Below, piece by piece: positions 40,528 through 53,009 of a stretch of DNA of 64,000 bases; positions within the stretch are counted from its first letter, which is position 1; the number at the start of each line of letters is the position of its first letter. The translations under genes and the position numbers were made by a program. Source of the stretch: Felis catus (Eukaryota); NCBI RefSeq assembly GCF_018350175.1, contig NC_058368.1, positions 128,094,001 to 128,158,000 on the forward strand, written 5' to 3'. The notes under the pieces are model-generated. The model had not been told where the DNA came from. It did no database searches and worked only from the letters and a program-made list of their open reading frames with translations.

Positions 40528-41720
40528 GGGGAGGAGCCAAGATGGCAGAACAGCATGGAAGCTTTTTGTGTGTCTCGCGTCCATGAAATACAGACAGACC
40601 AACACTAAACCATCCTACACACCTAGAAAACTGATGGGAGGATTAACACAACAATCTGCACAAACTGAACCACAGAATTCAGCAGGTACATGGTGCAGAG
40701 AGGTATACTCCAGCAGAGAGAAGCTGCACTGGGCAGGGAGCCGCCTTTGCAGGTAGAGAGAGGACAGAGACTGCGGGGGGTGGGGGGAGGGGGGCGGGAG
40801 AATACAGGAAAAGCACCCCTCCCCAAAAGCAGCTGGAGAGAAAGCGGGAAATTGGAAACAGCCTCAGGGACTAAACTAAAAAGGGAGAAAGGAGAAAGGA
40901 GAGGGTTTAAATCCCAATAAGACTGTAAACAAGGGGAGCCCAGAGTCTGCAACTCCGCAGCTTGATACCTGGTGGTGGTCTAGTGTGAAGGGCGAATCCC
41001 CAGGAACAGAGTGGGGTCCGGGAAGTTCTCAGGCCACATGGTGAAAAGTAGTTCCACTGCTGGAAGGACATTTGGTAGAGACTGTTGAAGCCACCTGGTC
41101 CAAGCAGACCCCAGAAAATGGCCACATTCGCTGGTGCTGGAACAGGGTCATTAAGTGTGAAGCCTGGTGCCAAATGCGTGTTGTGATTTTCCAAAATCCC
41201 TAAAAAGCTGCTGCTAAACTGTCTCTCGAACTTTTTCTTGGGTGGGCTGGCACCTGGCCGCAATCTCTGGACATCGGCAGCAGCAGGGTCCAGCAAGCAT
41301 TCCTAGGTGCAGCCGACATTCCGCCATTGCTCGGTGAGACCCTCCCGCAGAGAGGCGGAACAGGTCAAAGCCGCAGTCCTTCAGAAGTAAGGGGCCGGGG
41401 AAGACAGCCGCATCTGAGACAAAACTCGGGAGAGAGGTACTGCCTGGGGTTTGGTTACAGACAGTGAAAAAGTGGGGAGTGGACAAAAGCTGAAGACAGA
41501 GGACAGGTGCGTGATTGCTGATCAGAGAGAACGAGATCCCACACTAGCAAGTGGGTAGCTGGGCGATGCCATTTTCACCACTCCTGAGCATGTGCATACG
41601 CACCTACGAGTGCAGCAACAATCCACCCCAGTAGGCTAGCAGCGCCATATAGTGGACAATGGAGCTGTTACACTGAGCCCCGCCTAACTGGGCCATCCTC
41701 CCTCTTCAAGAACACAAGTC
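40528..41720 (+). promoter_or_regulatory. L1 internal Pol II promoter region (5'UTR) with YY1-type motif
   Basis: caagatggc at 40538-40546 matches the YY1 site established at L1 5' ends. GC and CpG content is visibly higher than in the flanks. Confidence 0.6.
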
Positions 41721-41863
41721 TCACCACCTACTTGGTTTATGGACTATAAAACACTACATAATCTGACATCCAAGGGAAAATGAAGTAATTTCAGTCCTAT
41801 TTCAATCTGTTAGCAGGTCCATCTATTCAATTTTCTTTTTTTTTATTCTCTTTTACATTATTC

Positions 41864-42448
41864 TTTTTCTTGAATACAGAAAGAGAAAAATTCATTTTTA
41901 GTTTCAATTTTTATTAAAAGTATTTTTAATTCTTTTTACTTTTATTTTTTTTTCAAATTCTATCTTACTTCCATCATTCTATTTTAGTCTACTTCAGTGT
42001 ATTCACCTTTTCAAATTTTCAAACGATTTCCTTGTTTTTCTTTTTCCTATTTTTCATTTCTTTTTCTTAAATGCAGAAAGTGAAAAACTTCATTTTTACT
42101 TTCAATTTCTATTAAAAATATTTAATTTTTTACTACGTTTTTTGCTTTTATGTAAATTTTTTCAAATTCTCTTTTACTTCCATTTTAGTGTACTACAGTG
42201 TATTCACTTTTTCAAATTTTCAAACGATCTCTTTTTTCTTTTTTCTCTTTTTGGTTAATTTTTCTTGAATACAGAAAGAGAAAAAAGTTAATTTTTATTT
42301 TTAATTTTTATTAAAAATATTTTTCTTTAATTTTTTTCCTACTACATTCTTTACTTTTGTGTAAATTTATTCCAATTCTATTTTACTCCCATCATCTCAT
42401 TTTGGTCTACCTCAGTGTATTCATTGTTTCAAATTCCCAAACGATTTC
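41864..42448. repeat. Three tandem ~195-bp AT-rich units in the L1 5'UTR
   Basis: Anchors ttttctt(g/a)aat(a/g)cagaaag.gaaaaa (~41864, ~42060, ~42260) and cagtgtattca...caaacgat each recur three times. Confidence 0.92.
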
Positions 42449-42628
42449 CTCCCTCCCCCTTTTTTTGCTCTAATCTGTCAAACCACTTTCCACACCCAGA
42501 CCAAACATACCTAGGATCTAGCATCATTTATTAGATTTTGTGTGTGTAATTTTTTAATTTTAAGATTTTTTCTATAATTTTTTTAATTTTAATTTTTCTA
42601 CTTCATTAATTCCTTTTCTCCCTTCAAA

Positions 42629-43506
42629 ATGACAAAACAAAGGAATTCACCCCAAAAGAAACAGCACGAAGAAATGACAGCCAGGGATTTAACCAACACA
42701 GATACAAGCAAGATGTCTGAAACAGAATTTAGAATTACGATAATAGAATACTAGCTGGAGTCAAAAATAGATTAGAATCCCTTTCTGCAGAGATAAAAGA
42801 ATTAAAAAATACTCAGAATGAAATTAAAAATGCTATAACTGAACTGCAATCATGGATGGATGCCACGGTGGCAAGGAGGAAAGAGGCAGAGGACAGGATC
42901 AGCAATATAGAGGACAAACTTATAGAGAATAAGGAAACTGAAAAAAAGAGGGAAATTAAGGCAAAGTAGCATGATTTAAGAATCAGAGAAATCAGTGACT
43001 CATTAACAAGGAACAACATCAGAATTATAGGGGTCCCAGAAAGGAACAGAGAGAAATAGGAGTAGAAGGGTTATGTGAGCAAATCATACTGGAAAACTTT
43101 CCTAACCTGGGGAGAGACACAGACATCAAAATCCAGGAAGCACAGAGGACCCCCATTAGATTCAACAAAAACTGAACATCAACAAGGCATATCATAGTCA
43201 AATTCACAAAATACTCAGGCAAGGAGAGAATCATGAAAGCAGCAAGGGAAAAAAAGTCCCTAACCTACAAGGGAAGACAGACCAGGTTTGCAGCAGACCT
43301 ATCCACAGAAACTTGGCAGGCCAGAAAGGAGTGGTGGGATATATTCAATGTGATAAATCAGAAAAATATGCAGCCAAGAATTCTTTATCCAGCAAGGCTG
43401 TTATTCAAAATAGAAGGAGAGATAAAAAAAAAAATTCCCAGACAAATATTAAAGGAGTTTGTGACCACTAAACCAGCCCTGCAAGAAATTTTAAGGGGAA
43501 ATCTGA
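42629..43506 (+). pseudogene. L1 ORF1p (RNA-binding protein), disrupted
   Basis: ATG 42629 MTKQRNSPQKK... ends at TAG 42752 after a frameshift. The C-terminal fragment KAAREKKSLTYKGRQTRFAADLSTETWQARKEW...QPRILYPARL is in the ORF track (43233). Confidence 0.93.
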
Positions 43507-43526
43507 GGGGAGAAAGGATAAAAAGT

Positions 43527-43527
43527 A

Positions 43528-43563
<36 letters not shown>

Positions 43564-43574
43564 TATGTATATAC

Positions 43575-43623
<49 letters not shown>
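43527..43623. repeat. Compound (TG)n(TA)n(CA)n(TA)n microsatellite in the L1 inter-ORF spacer
   Basis: Directly visible. Confidence 0.96.
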
Positions 43624-43695
43624 AATACCAAAAGAAACAAAGATTACAAGGGACCAGAGACCACCACTAGAAACTCCAACTCTAAAAGCATCATA

Positions 43696-46600
43696 ATGCC
43701 AATAAATTCATATCTTTCAGTACTCACTCTAAATGTCAATGGACTCAATGATCCAATCAAAAGACAAAGGGTAACAGAATGGATGAGAAAACAAGATCCA
43801 TCTATATGCTGTTTACAAGAGGCCCACTTTAGATCTAAAGACACCTTCAGATTGAAAATAAAGGGATGGAGAACTGTCTATCATACTAATGGTCAACAAA
43901 AGAAAGCCAGAGTAGCCATACTTATATCAGACAATGTAGACTTTAAGATAAAGACTGTATCAAGAGATGCAGAATGATATTATATCATAATCAAGGGGTC
44001 TATCCACCAAGAAGACCTGACAATTATAAACATTTATGTGCCATATGTGGCAGCACCCAAGTATATAAATCAATTAATCACAAACAAAGAAACTCATCGA
44101 TTGTAATACCCTAATAGTGGAAGACTTAAACACCCCACTCACAGCAATGGGCAGATCATCTAATCAAAACATCAAGGAAACAATGCCTTTGAATGACACA
44201 CTGGACCAGACGGACTTAACAGATATATTCAGAACATTTCATCCTAAAGCAGAATATACATTCTTCTCCAGTGCACATGGAACATTCTCCAGAATAGACC
44301 ATATACTGGAACACAAATCAGCCCTAAGTAAGGACAAAAAGATCAAGATCATACCGTGCACATTCTTGGACCACAACACTATGAAACTTGAAATCAACCA
44401 CAAGAAAAAATTTGGAAAGATAACAAATACTTGGGAGACAAAAGAAGATCCTACTAAAGAATGAATGGGCTAACCAAGCAGTTAAAGAGGAAGTTAACAA
44501 GTATATGGAAGTCAATGAAAATAATAACACCACAACCCAAAACCTCTGGGACGCAGCAAAGGCAGTCATAAGAGGAAAGTATATAGCAATCCAGGTCTTC
44601 CTAAAGAAGGAAAAAAGGTCTCAGATACACAACCTAACCTTACCAAAAAAAAAAGAACAGATCAATGAAACCGGAAGCTGGTTCTTTGAAAGAATTAACC
44701 AAATTGATAAGCCACTAGCCAGTTTGACCAAGAAAAAAAGGAAAGGACCCAAATAACTAAAATCAAGAATGAAAGAGGAGAGATCACAACCAACACAACA
44801 GAAATAAAAACAGTAATAACAGAATATTATGAGCAATTATGCCAATAAAATGGGTAATCTGGTAGAAATGGACAAATTCCTAGAAACATATACACTATCA
44901 AAACTGAAACAGTAAGAAATAGAAAATTTGAACAGACTCATAACCAATAAGGAAATCGAATTAGAAATCAAAACTCTGCCAAAAAACAAGCGTCCAGGGC
45001 CACATAGCTTTCCAGGGGAATTCTACCAAACATTTAAGGAAGAGTTAACACATATTCTTTTGAAGCTGTTCCAAAAAATGGAAATATAAGGAAAACTTCC
45101 AAACTCTTTCCATGAAGCCAGCATTACCTTGATTCCAAAACCAGAGACCCCACTAAAAAGGAGAACTATAGACCAATTTCCCTGATGAACGTGGATGCAA
45201 AAATCCTCAACAAGACATTAGCCAACCAGATCCAACAATGTATTAAAAAAATTATTCACCACAAACAAGCAGGATTTATACCTGGGATGCAGGGCTGGTT
45301 CAATATCCACAAAACAGTTAAAGAGATTCATCACACCAATTAAAAAAAGGGCAACAACCATATGATCCTCTCAATAAATGGAGAGAAAGCATTTGACAAA
45401 ATACAGCATCTTTTCTTGATAAAAACCCTCAAGAAAGTAGGGATAGAAGGAGCATACCTCAAGATCATCAAAGCCATATATGAAGGGCCCAACACTAATA
45501 TCATCCTCAATGGGAAAAACTGAGAGGTTTCCCCCTAATGTCAGGAACAAGACAGAGATGTCCATTCTCATCAATGCTATTCAACATAGCATTGGAAGTC
45601 TTAGCCTCTGTAATCAGACAACACAACGAAATAAAAGGCATCCAAATCGGCCAGGAGGAGGTCAAACTTTCACTCTTTGCAAATCACATGATACTCTATA
45701 TGGAAAACCCAAAAGATCTCACCAAAAAACTGCTAGAACTGATTCATGAATTCAGCAAAGTTGCAGGATATAAAATCAATGCACAGAAATTGGTTGCATT
45801 CCTATATACCAACAATGAAGCGACAGAAAGAGAAATCAAGGAATCAATCCCATTTATAGTTGCACAAAAAAAAAAAAAAACAAAAAAAAAAAACATAAAA
45901 TGCCTAGGAATAAATCTAATCAAAGAGGTGAAAAATCTATACACTGAAAACTATAGAAAGCTTATGAAAGAAATGGAAGAAGACACAAAAAAATGGAAAA
46001 AGATTCCATGCTCCTAGATAGGAAGAACAAATATTGTTATAATGTCTATACTACCCAAAGCAATCTACATATTCAATACAATACCTATCAAAGTAAACCT
46101 GCATTCCCATGGAGCTAGAACAAATAATCCTAAAATTTGTATGGAACCAGAAAAGACCCTGAATAGCCAAAGCGATCTTGAAAAAGAAAACCAAAGCAGA
46201 AGGCATCACAATCCCAGACTTCAAGCTATACTACAAAGCTGTAATCATCAAGACAGTATGGTACTGGCACAAGAACAGACAGTTCAATGGAACAGAATAG
46301 AGAACACAGAAATGGATGCACAAATGTATGGCCAACTAATCTTTGACAAAGCAGGAAAGAATATCTAATGGAATAAAGAGAGTCTCTTCAGCAAGTGGTG
46401 CTGGGAAAACTGGACAGTGACATACAGAAGAATGAACCTGGATCACTTTCTTACACCATACACAAAACAAACTCAAAATGGATGAAAGACCTCAATGTAA
46501 GACAGGAAGCCATCAAATCCTCAAGGAGAAAGCAGGCAAAAACCTCTTTGATCTTGGCCACAACAACTTCTTACTCAACTTACTCAACTTCTTGCCTCTT

Positions 46601-47418
46601 GTCTCTGGAGGCAAGGGAAACAAAAGCAAAAATGAACTACTGGGACCTCATCAAAATAAAAAACTTCTGCACAGTGAAGGAAACAATCAGGAAAACTAAA
46701 AGGCAACCGACAGAATGGGAGAAGATATTTGCAAACAACATATCAGATAAAGGGTTAGTATCCAAAATCTATAAAGAACTTATCAAATTCAACACCCAAG
46801 AAAACAAATAATCCAGTGAAGTAATGGGCAAAAGACATGAATAGACACTTCTCCAAAGAAGACTCCAGATGGCCAACCGACACATGAGAAAATGCTCAAC
46901 ATCACTCATCATCAGGGAAATACAAATCAAAACCACCATGAGACCACCTCACACCTGTCAGAATGGTTGACATTAACAACTCGTGCAAAAACAGATGGTG
47001 ATGATGTGGAGAAAGAGGATTTCTTTTGCATTGCTGGTGGGAATGCAAACTGGTATAGTCATTCTGGAAAACAGTATGGAGTTTCCTCAAACAATTAAAA
47101 ATAGAACTACCCTATGACCCAGCAATTGCACTACTAGGCATTTATCCACAGGATACAGGTGTGCTGTTTCAAAGGGACACATGCAGCCCCATGTTTATAG
47201 CAGCACTATCAACAATAGCCAAAGTATGGAAAGAGCTCAAACGTCCATCGGTGGATGAATGGAAAAAGAAGAAGTGGTGTATCTATGCAATGGAGTAACT
47301 CAGCAATCAAAAAGAATGAAATCTTGCCATTTGCAACTACGTGGATGGAACTGGAGGGTATTATGCTAAGTGAAATTAGTCATAGAAAGACAAAAATCAT
47401 ATGACTTCACTCATATGA
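43696..47418 (+). pseudogene. L1 ORF2p (endonuclease/reverse transcriptase), disrupted
   Basis: EN motifs LTLNVNGLN, ICCLQE, GTFSRIDH; RT region GTRQRCP...[11 protein letters not shown] (FADD mutated). First stop TGA at 43975, then multiple frameshifts. Confidence 0.95.
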
Positions 47419-48766
47419 GGACTTTAAGAGAGAAAACAGATGAACATAAGGGAAGTGAAACAAAAATTTTATACAAACAGGGAGGAGGACAAAACACAAG
47501 AGACTCATAAATATGGAGAACAAACTGAGGGTTATGGGAGGGGTTCTGGGAGGGGGGATGGACTAAATGGGTAAGGGGCACTAAGGAATCTACTCCTGAA
47601 ATCATTGTTGCACTATATGCTAACTAATTTGTATGTAAATTTTAAAAAATAAAAAATAAAACAAGTTAATGAAAAAAAATAAATAAAATAATTAAAAAAT
47701 AAAAAATAAATACACTAAATGGAATAAGTAGTAGACTAGAGGAGACTGGGGGGGACAGAGTAATGGAAAGCAATCAAGCTGAAGAGGAGACAGATAATAA
47801 CAATAACAACAACAACAACAACAAATGAAGAGACTCAGGGACTCAGCAACACCATGAAGCTTAATAATCTTTACATTACAGGAATTCCAGAAGGATAAGA
47901 GAGAAAAGGAGAAAGAAATTTTATTTGAAGAAATAATGGCCAAAAATATCCTGAATCTGAGGAAAGAAGCAAAAATCCAGACCTAGGACTGAGAGGCCCC
48001 AACAAAAATCAATCCAAGGAGTTCCACACAAGCACAAATAGTAATTAAAATACAAAAAGTAGTGATAAAGAGAATTTTAAAATTACCAAGAGAAAATAAA
48101 ACAGTTGCATACAAAGGAAATATAAAGCTATCAGCTCATTTTTCAGCCGAAACTTTGCAGGCTGGAAGGAGTGATGGGATATATTCAAAGCGCTGAAAGT
48201 TTAAAAAAAAAAAAAAACTGCCATCAAGAATACTAGAATCAGCCAGTCTATCATTCAGAATGAAAGTAGAGATAAAAAGTTTCCAGATGAACAAAAGTTA
48301 AAGGAATTCATGACCATTAAACCAGCCTTACAAGAAATGTTAAAGGGGATTCTTGGAATGAAAAGGAAAGACCCTAAGTACAAGCGAGAAAAGAAGAAAG
48401 CACATAATCAGTAAACTTAAGTATGCCTATAGAAATCAGTCAAGGGATTCAGAAAACAAAAGGATGTAAAGTATGATACCATATACCTAAAACATAGTGG
48501 AGGGGCGAGTAATAAAAAAAAAAGGAATGCCAAATTAAGCATCCATCAACTTAATATAGACTGCTGTATGCATAAGACATTATATACAAACCTAAAAGTA
48601 ACCAGATATCAAAAACCAGTAATAGACATGCAAAAGAGAAAGAGAAAGAAATCCAAGTACAACACTGAAGAAAGCAAGCAAATTCTAGATCACGTTAGGC
48701 CACAAAACAAGTCTCAAGAAAAGGAACAAGAAAGAACTACAAAAGCAACCATAATACAAGTAACAA

Positions 48767-51700
48767 ATGGCAATAAGTATATACCATCAATAATTACTTT
48801 GAATGTAAATGGACTAAACACTCCAATCAAGGGTGATGGAATGCAAAAAAAGAAACATCTATATACTGCCTACAAGAGACTCATTTCAGACCTTAAACTC
48901 ATGCAGGATGAAAGTTATGGGAAACACAGTTATTATATACAAATGGAACAAAAAATAAAGATAGGGTAACAATACTTTTATTCAACAAAATAAACTTTAA
49001 AACAAAGATTGTTACAAGAGACAAAGGACACTTTATAACAAAAAGAGAACAATCCAACAATAAGATTTACCAATTGAAAATATTTATGCACTCAACATGA
49101 AAGCATCCAAATACATAAAGCAACTAATAACAAACACACAGGAAATAATCCATAGAAATACAATAATAATAGGGAACCCTAACACTCCACTTACATCAAT
49201 GGATAAATCATCCAGACAGAGTATCAAGAAAACAGTGACTTTGAAAGACACATTAGACGAGATGGATCTAACAGATATATTCAGAACATCTATCCTAAAA
49301 CTGCAGAGTACACGTTCTTTTCAAGTGCACATGGAACAGTCTCTAGAATAGATCATGTTAGGCCACAAAACAAATCTCAACCAATTCAAAAAAATTCCAG
49401 TCATACATCTTTTCTGACCATAAGGCTGTGAAAATAAAAAGTAACCACAAGAAAAAATATGGAAAGTAAACAAATACATAGAGGTTAAATAACATGCTAC
49501 TAAACAATGAATGTGTCAAACAGGAAATTAAAGAAGAAATCAAAAATTACATGGAAATAAATGAAAATGAAAACACGATAGTCTAAAATCTTTGGGATGC
49601 AGCAAAAGTGGTTCTAAGAGGCAAGTTTATAGCAATATAGGTCTGCCTCAATATACAAGAAAAATCTTATATAAACAACCTAACATTACACTTCTAAAAG
49701 AGCTAAAAAAGGAGAACAAAACTCCAAACCAACAGAAGGAAGGAAATAATAAAGGTTAGAGTAGAAATAAGCAAAATAAAAACCAAAAAATAAAAATAAA
49801 AAAATTTAAAAAAACAACAAGAAAACAGATCAATGAAACCAGGAGCTGGTTCTTTCAAAAGATCAATAAAATTGATAAACTTTTAGCCAGACCCATTAAC
49901 AAGAGAGCCAGAAAGGAGAAAAGTGGGGGGAGAGGACTCAAAATCAGAAATAACAACCAACATCACAGAAATACGAAGGATTATAAGAAAATGTTGTGAA
50001 AAGTTATATGCCAACAAATTAGACAACCTAGAAGAAAGATAAATTCCGGCAAACATATAACCTAGCAAAATTGATGCAGGAAGAAATAAAAATTTAAACA
50101 GGCCAGTTACTAACAATGAAATTGAATCACTAATCAAAAAAACTCACAAAAAACAAAAGTCCAAAACCAGACAGCTTCACAGGCTAAACATTTGAAGAAG
50201 AGTTAAAAATCTATTCTTCTCTAATTATTCCCAGTAACAGAAAAGGAAGGAAAGCTTCCAAAATCATTCTATGAGACAAGCGTTACCCTGATACCAACAC
50301 TAAATAAAGACACTACAAAAAAAAAAAAGAGAACCACAGGTCATTGACTCAGGTGAACATAGATGCAAAAATCCTCAACAAAATATTAGCAAACTTAATT
50401 CTTCAAAATCATTTGTTACAATCAAGTGGAATTCATTCCTGAGATGCAAGGTGGTTCAAAATTCACAAATCCACCAATGTGATAGATCACATCAATAAGA
50501 AAAGGATAATAAGTATATTATCATTTAAACATATGCAGACAAAGCATTTGACAAAGTACAATATCCATTCATGATAAAAACCCTCAACAAACTAGGTTGA
50601 CAGGGAACATACCTCAACAAATACAGGCCATATATGAAAAACCCATAGCCAACATCATACTCAGTGGTGAAAAACAGAGAGCTTTTCCTCTGAGATAAGG
50701 AACAAGACAAGGATGTCCACTCCCACCACTTTTATTCAACAGAGTATTAGAAGTCATAGCCACAGCAATCAGACAACAAGAAGTCATTCACATTGGTAAA
50801 TAAAAAGTAAAACTTTGACTATATGCTTATTACATGATGCTTTATACATGGAAAACCTTAAAGACTCCACCAAAACCCTGATAGAACTAATAAATGAATT
50901 CAGTAAAGTCACAGAATATAGAATCCAGGTATAGAAAAATGCTGCTTTCCTATATACTAATAATGAAGTATCAGAAAAGTAAATTAAGAAACCAATCGCA
51001 TTTACAACTGCACCAAAAATAATAAAATGTCTAGGAATAAACTTAACCAAAGAGGTGAAGGACCTGTACTGAAAACTGAGAACTGTAACACACTGGTCAA
51101 AGAAATCGAAGATGACACACACAAATGGAAAGATGGATCAGAAAAACAAACATTGTCAAAATGTCAATGCTACCCAAAGCAATCCAGAATGAATGCAATC
51201 CTTCCCAAAACATCAGGAGCATTTTCCACAGAAGTAAGACAAATAATCCCATAATTTGTAGGGAACCACAAATGACCCTGAACAGCCAAAGCAATCTTGA
51301 CACACAAGAACAAATCTGGAGTTATCGCAATCCCAGGTTTCAAGATATACTACAAAGCAGTAGTAATCAAAACAGTAACATACTTGCTCAAAAATAGACA
51401 CATAAATCAACAGAACAGGGTTGAGAACCAAGAAATAACCCATTATATGGCCAATTAATCTTCAACAAAGGTAGCAAGAATATACAATTGAAGCAAATAC
51501 AATCTCTTCAACAAATGATGTTAGGAAAACTGGACAATTACATGCTAGAGAATGAAACTGGACTAGTTTCTTAGCCCATACATAAAAATAAACTTAAATG
51601 GAATGAGAACCTAAATGTGAGATATGAAACTATGAAAACACTAGAAGAAAGCGCAGGTGGTACCTTCTGTGACATCAGTTATAGCATTATTTTGCTAGAT

Positions 51701-52437
51701 GTGTTTCCTGAGGCAAGGGAACCAAAAGCAAAAATCAACTATTGGGACTATGTCAAAATTAAAAGCCTCTGGCCAGCATAGGAAATAACCAACAAAACTC
51801 AAAGCATCTACTGAATGGGAAAAGCTACTTACAAATGACATATCTGATAAAGTATTAGTATCCAAAATAAATTAAAAAAAATTAATTCAAAATAAAAAAT
51901 GAATAATTTCATGAAAAATAGGGAGAAGACATAAAAGACATTTTTTTTTCCAAAGAAGACATACAGACAGACCACAGATAGTTACATGAAAGGATGCTCA
52001 ACATCACTCATCATCAGGGAAATGCACATCAAAAGTACAATGAGATTTCACCTTACACGTGTCACAATGGCTAAAATGAAAAACACCAGAAATGACAAGT
52101 CTTGGCAAGAATGTGAAAAAAAGGAACCATGATGCACTATTGGTGGGAATACATACCGGTACAGCCACTGTGAAAAAGAGTATGGAGGTTCCTCAAAAAG
52201 TTAAAAACATAATTACCATAATATCCAGCAATTCCATTACTGGGTATTTTACCCAAAGAATGTGAACATACTAACTCAAAAAGTCACAGGTACCCCTGTG
52301 TTTATCGCAGCATTATTGAAAATAGCCAAATTATGGAAGTAGCCCAAGTGACCATAGATAAATAAAAGGATAAAAGACAAGGGGTATCTGTATACAATGG
52401 ACTATTACTCAGCCATAAATACAAATGAAATTTTGCA
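48767..52437 (+). pseudogene. ORF2 remnant of the older host L1
   Basis: Fragments ITLNVNGLNTPIK, IIIGNPNTPLTSMDKSSRQ and TNIVKMSMLPKAI in the ORF track; heavily frameshifted. Confidence 0.9.
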
Positions 52438-52575
52438 TCCTAGCTGTCCCACATGCTCACTGGTGTTGTCAATTTCTCCATTCTAGCCATTATGATGGAG
52501 ATAGTATAGTATTGGTACTGTGTGTTTAATCTGAACTTCCTAGGGACGAATGAAGTTGAATCACCCATCTTTTTT
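52438..52575 (-). mobile_element. Ancient L1M fragment
   Basis: ctggtgttgtcaatttctccattctagccatt...actgtgtgtttaatctgaacttcctagggacgaatgaagttgaa resembles a reverse-strand L1 ORF2 end. Confidence 0.55.
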
Positions 52576-53009
52576 AACCTTTCTGTGCTTACCTAGCCAA
52601 TGGCACACCTTGGTCATTCAATTCGTCTCTGGTTACATACTTATGAGGGATGCTGCCATAAAAACCAAGGGTGTATACCCTTGTTCCACTCAAAGCCATC
52701 CTGTCTATGGTCTACCAATCACTTCCACATCATGTCTCAATCTCCCAAGCATGCCCCTCCAGTGTTCAGCCTCTTCTCTCCTGAAGCAGCCGATCTGACA
52801 CCCAGCCCTTTCAGCTGAACAGATAACCTTATTCCCACCTGCACCAAGAAAGCCAAGTTCCTGCAGCTGTCAGCACATGAAAATTCCCTGCAGCTCTTAC
52901 CATTTCCTTCCTGTCTCCAGCCCCAGAGAAAGCACTGTCCCTCCTTCTGTTGAAAAACCTTAACCCCTGGGGGGAAAAAAAACAATTGTGTCCTTCTGAA
53001 TTTGCTTCG

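Larger units (their letters stand above)
40528..47707 (+). mobile_element. Full-length younger felid LINE-1 (~7.2 kb), inactivated
   Basis: Canonical start ggggaggagccaagatggc, GC-rich 5'UTR, ORF1, ORF2, G-rich 3'UTR and A-tail. TSD aaatacactaaa(c/t) at 40515-40527 and 47708-47720, preceded by the tt/aaaa endonuclease site. Confidence 0.97.
38710..52437 (+). mobile_element. Older near-full-length carnivore LINE-1 (host), interrupted by a SINE (40243-40480) and a younger L1 (40528-47707); 3'UTR and poly-A missing
   Basis: 5'UTR ~38710-40050. ORF1 remnants at 40060-40527 resume at 47721-48360. ORF2 runs from atggcaataagt (~48767; EN motif ITLNVNGLNTPIK) to ~52437 with many stops and frameshifts. 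Confidence 0.92.

Noticed and set aside
38767..41486. Cluster of antisense ORFs in L1 5'UTRs (possible ORF0 analogue)
   Set aside because: GC-rich UTRs give long frames by chance; no shared peptide between the L1s, and ORF0 is established only for primates.
41864..42448. Regularly spaced repeats resembling a CRISPR array
   Set aside because: Whole ~195-bp units are homologous with no unique spacers, there are no cas genes, and the context is a eukaryotic L1.
42629..47418. Potentially active LINE-1 or novel RT system
   Set aside because: ORF1 stops at codon 42 and ORF2 at codon 94; it also has a deletion, frameshifts and a mutated FADD motif.
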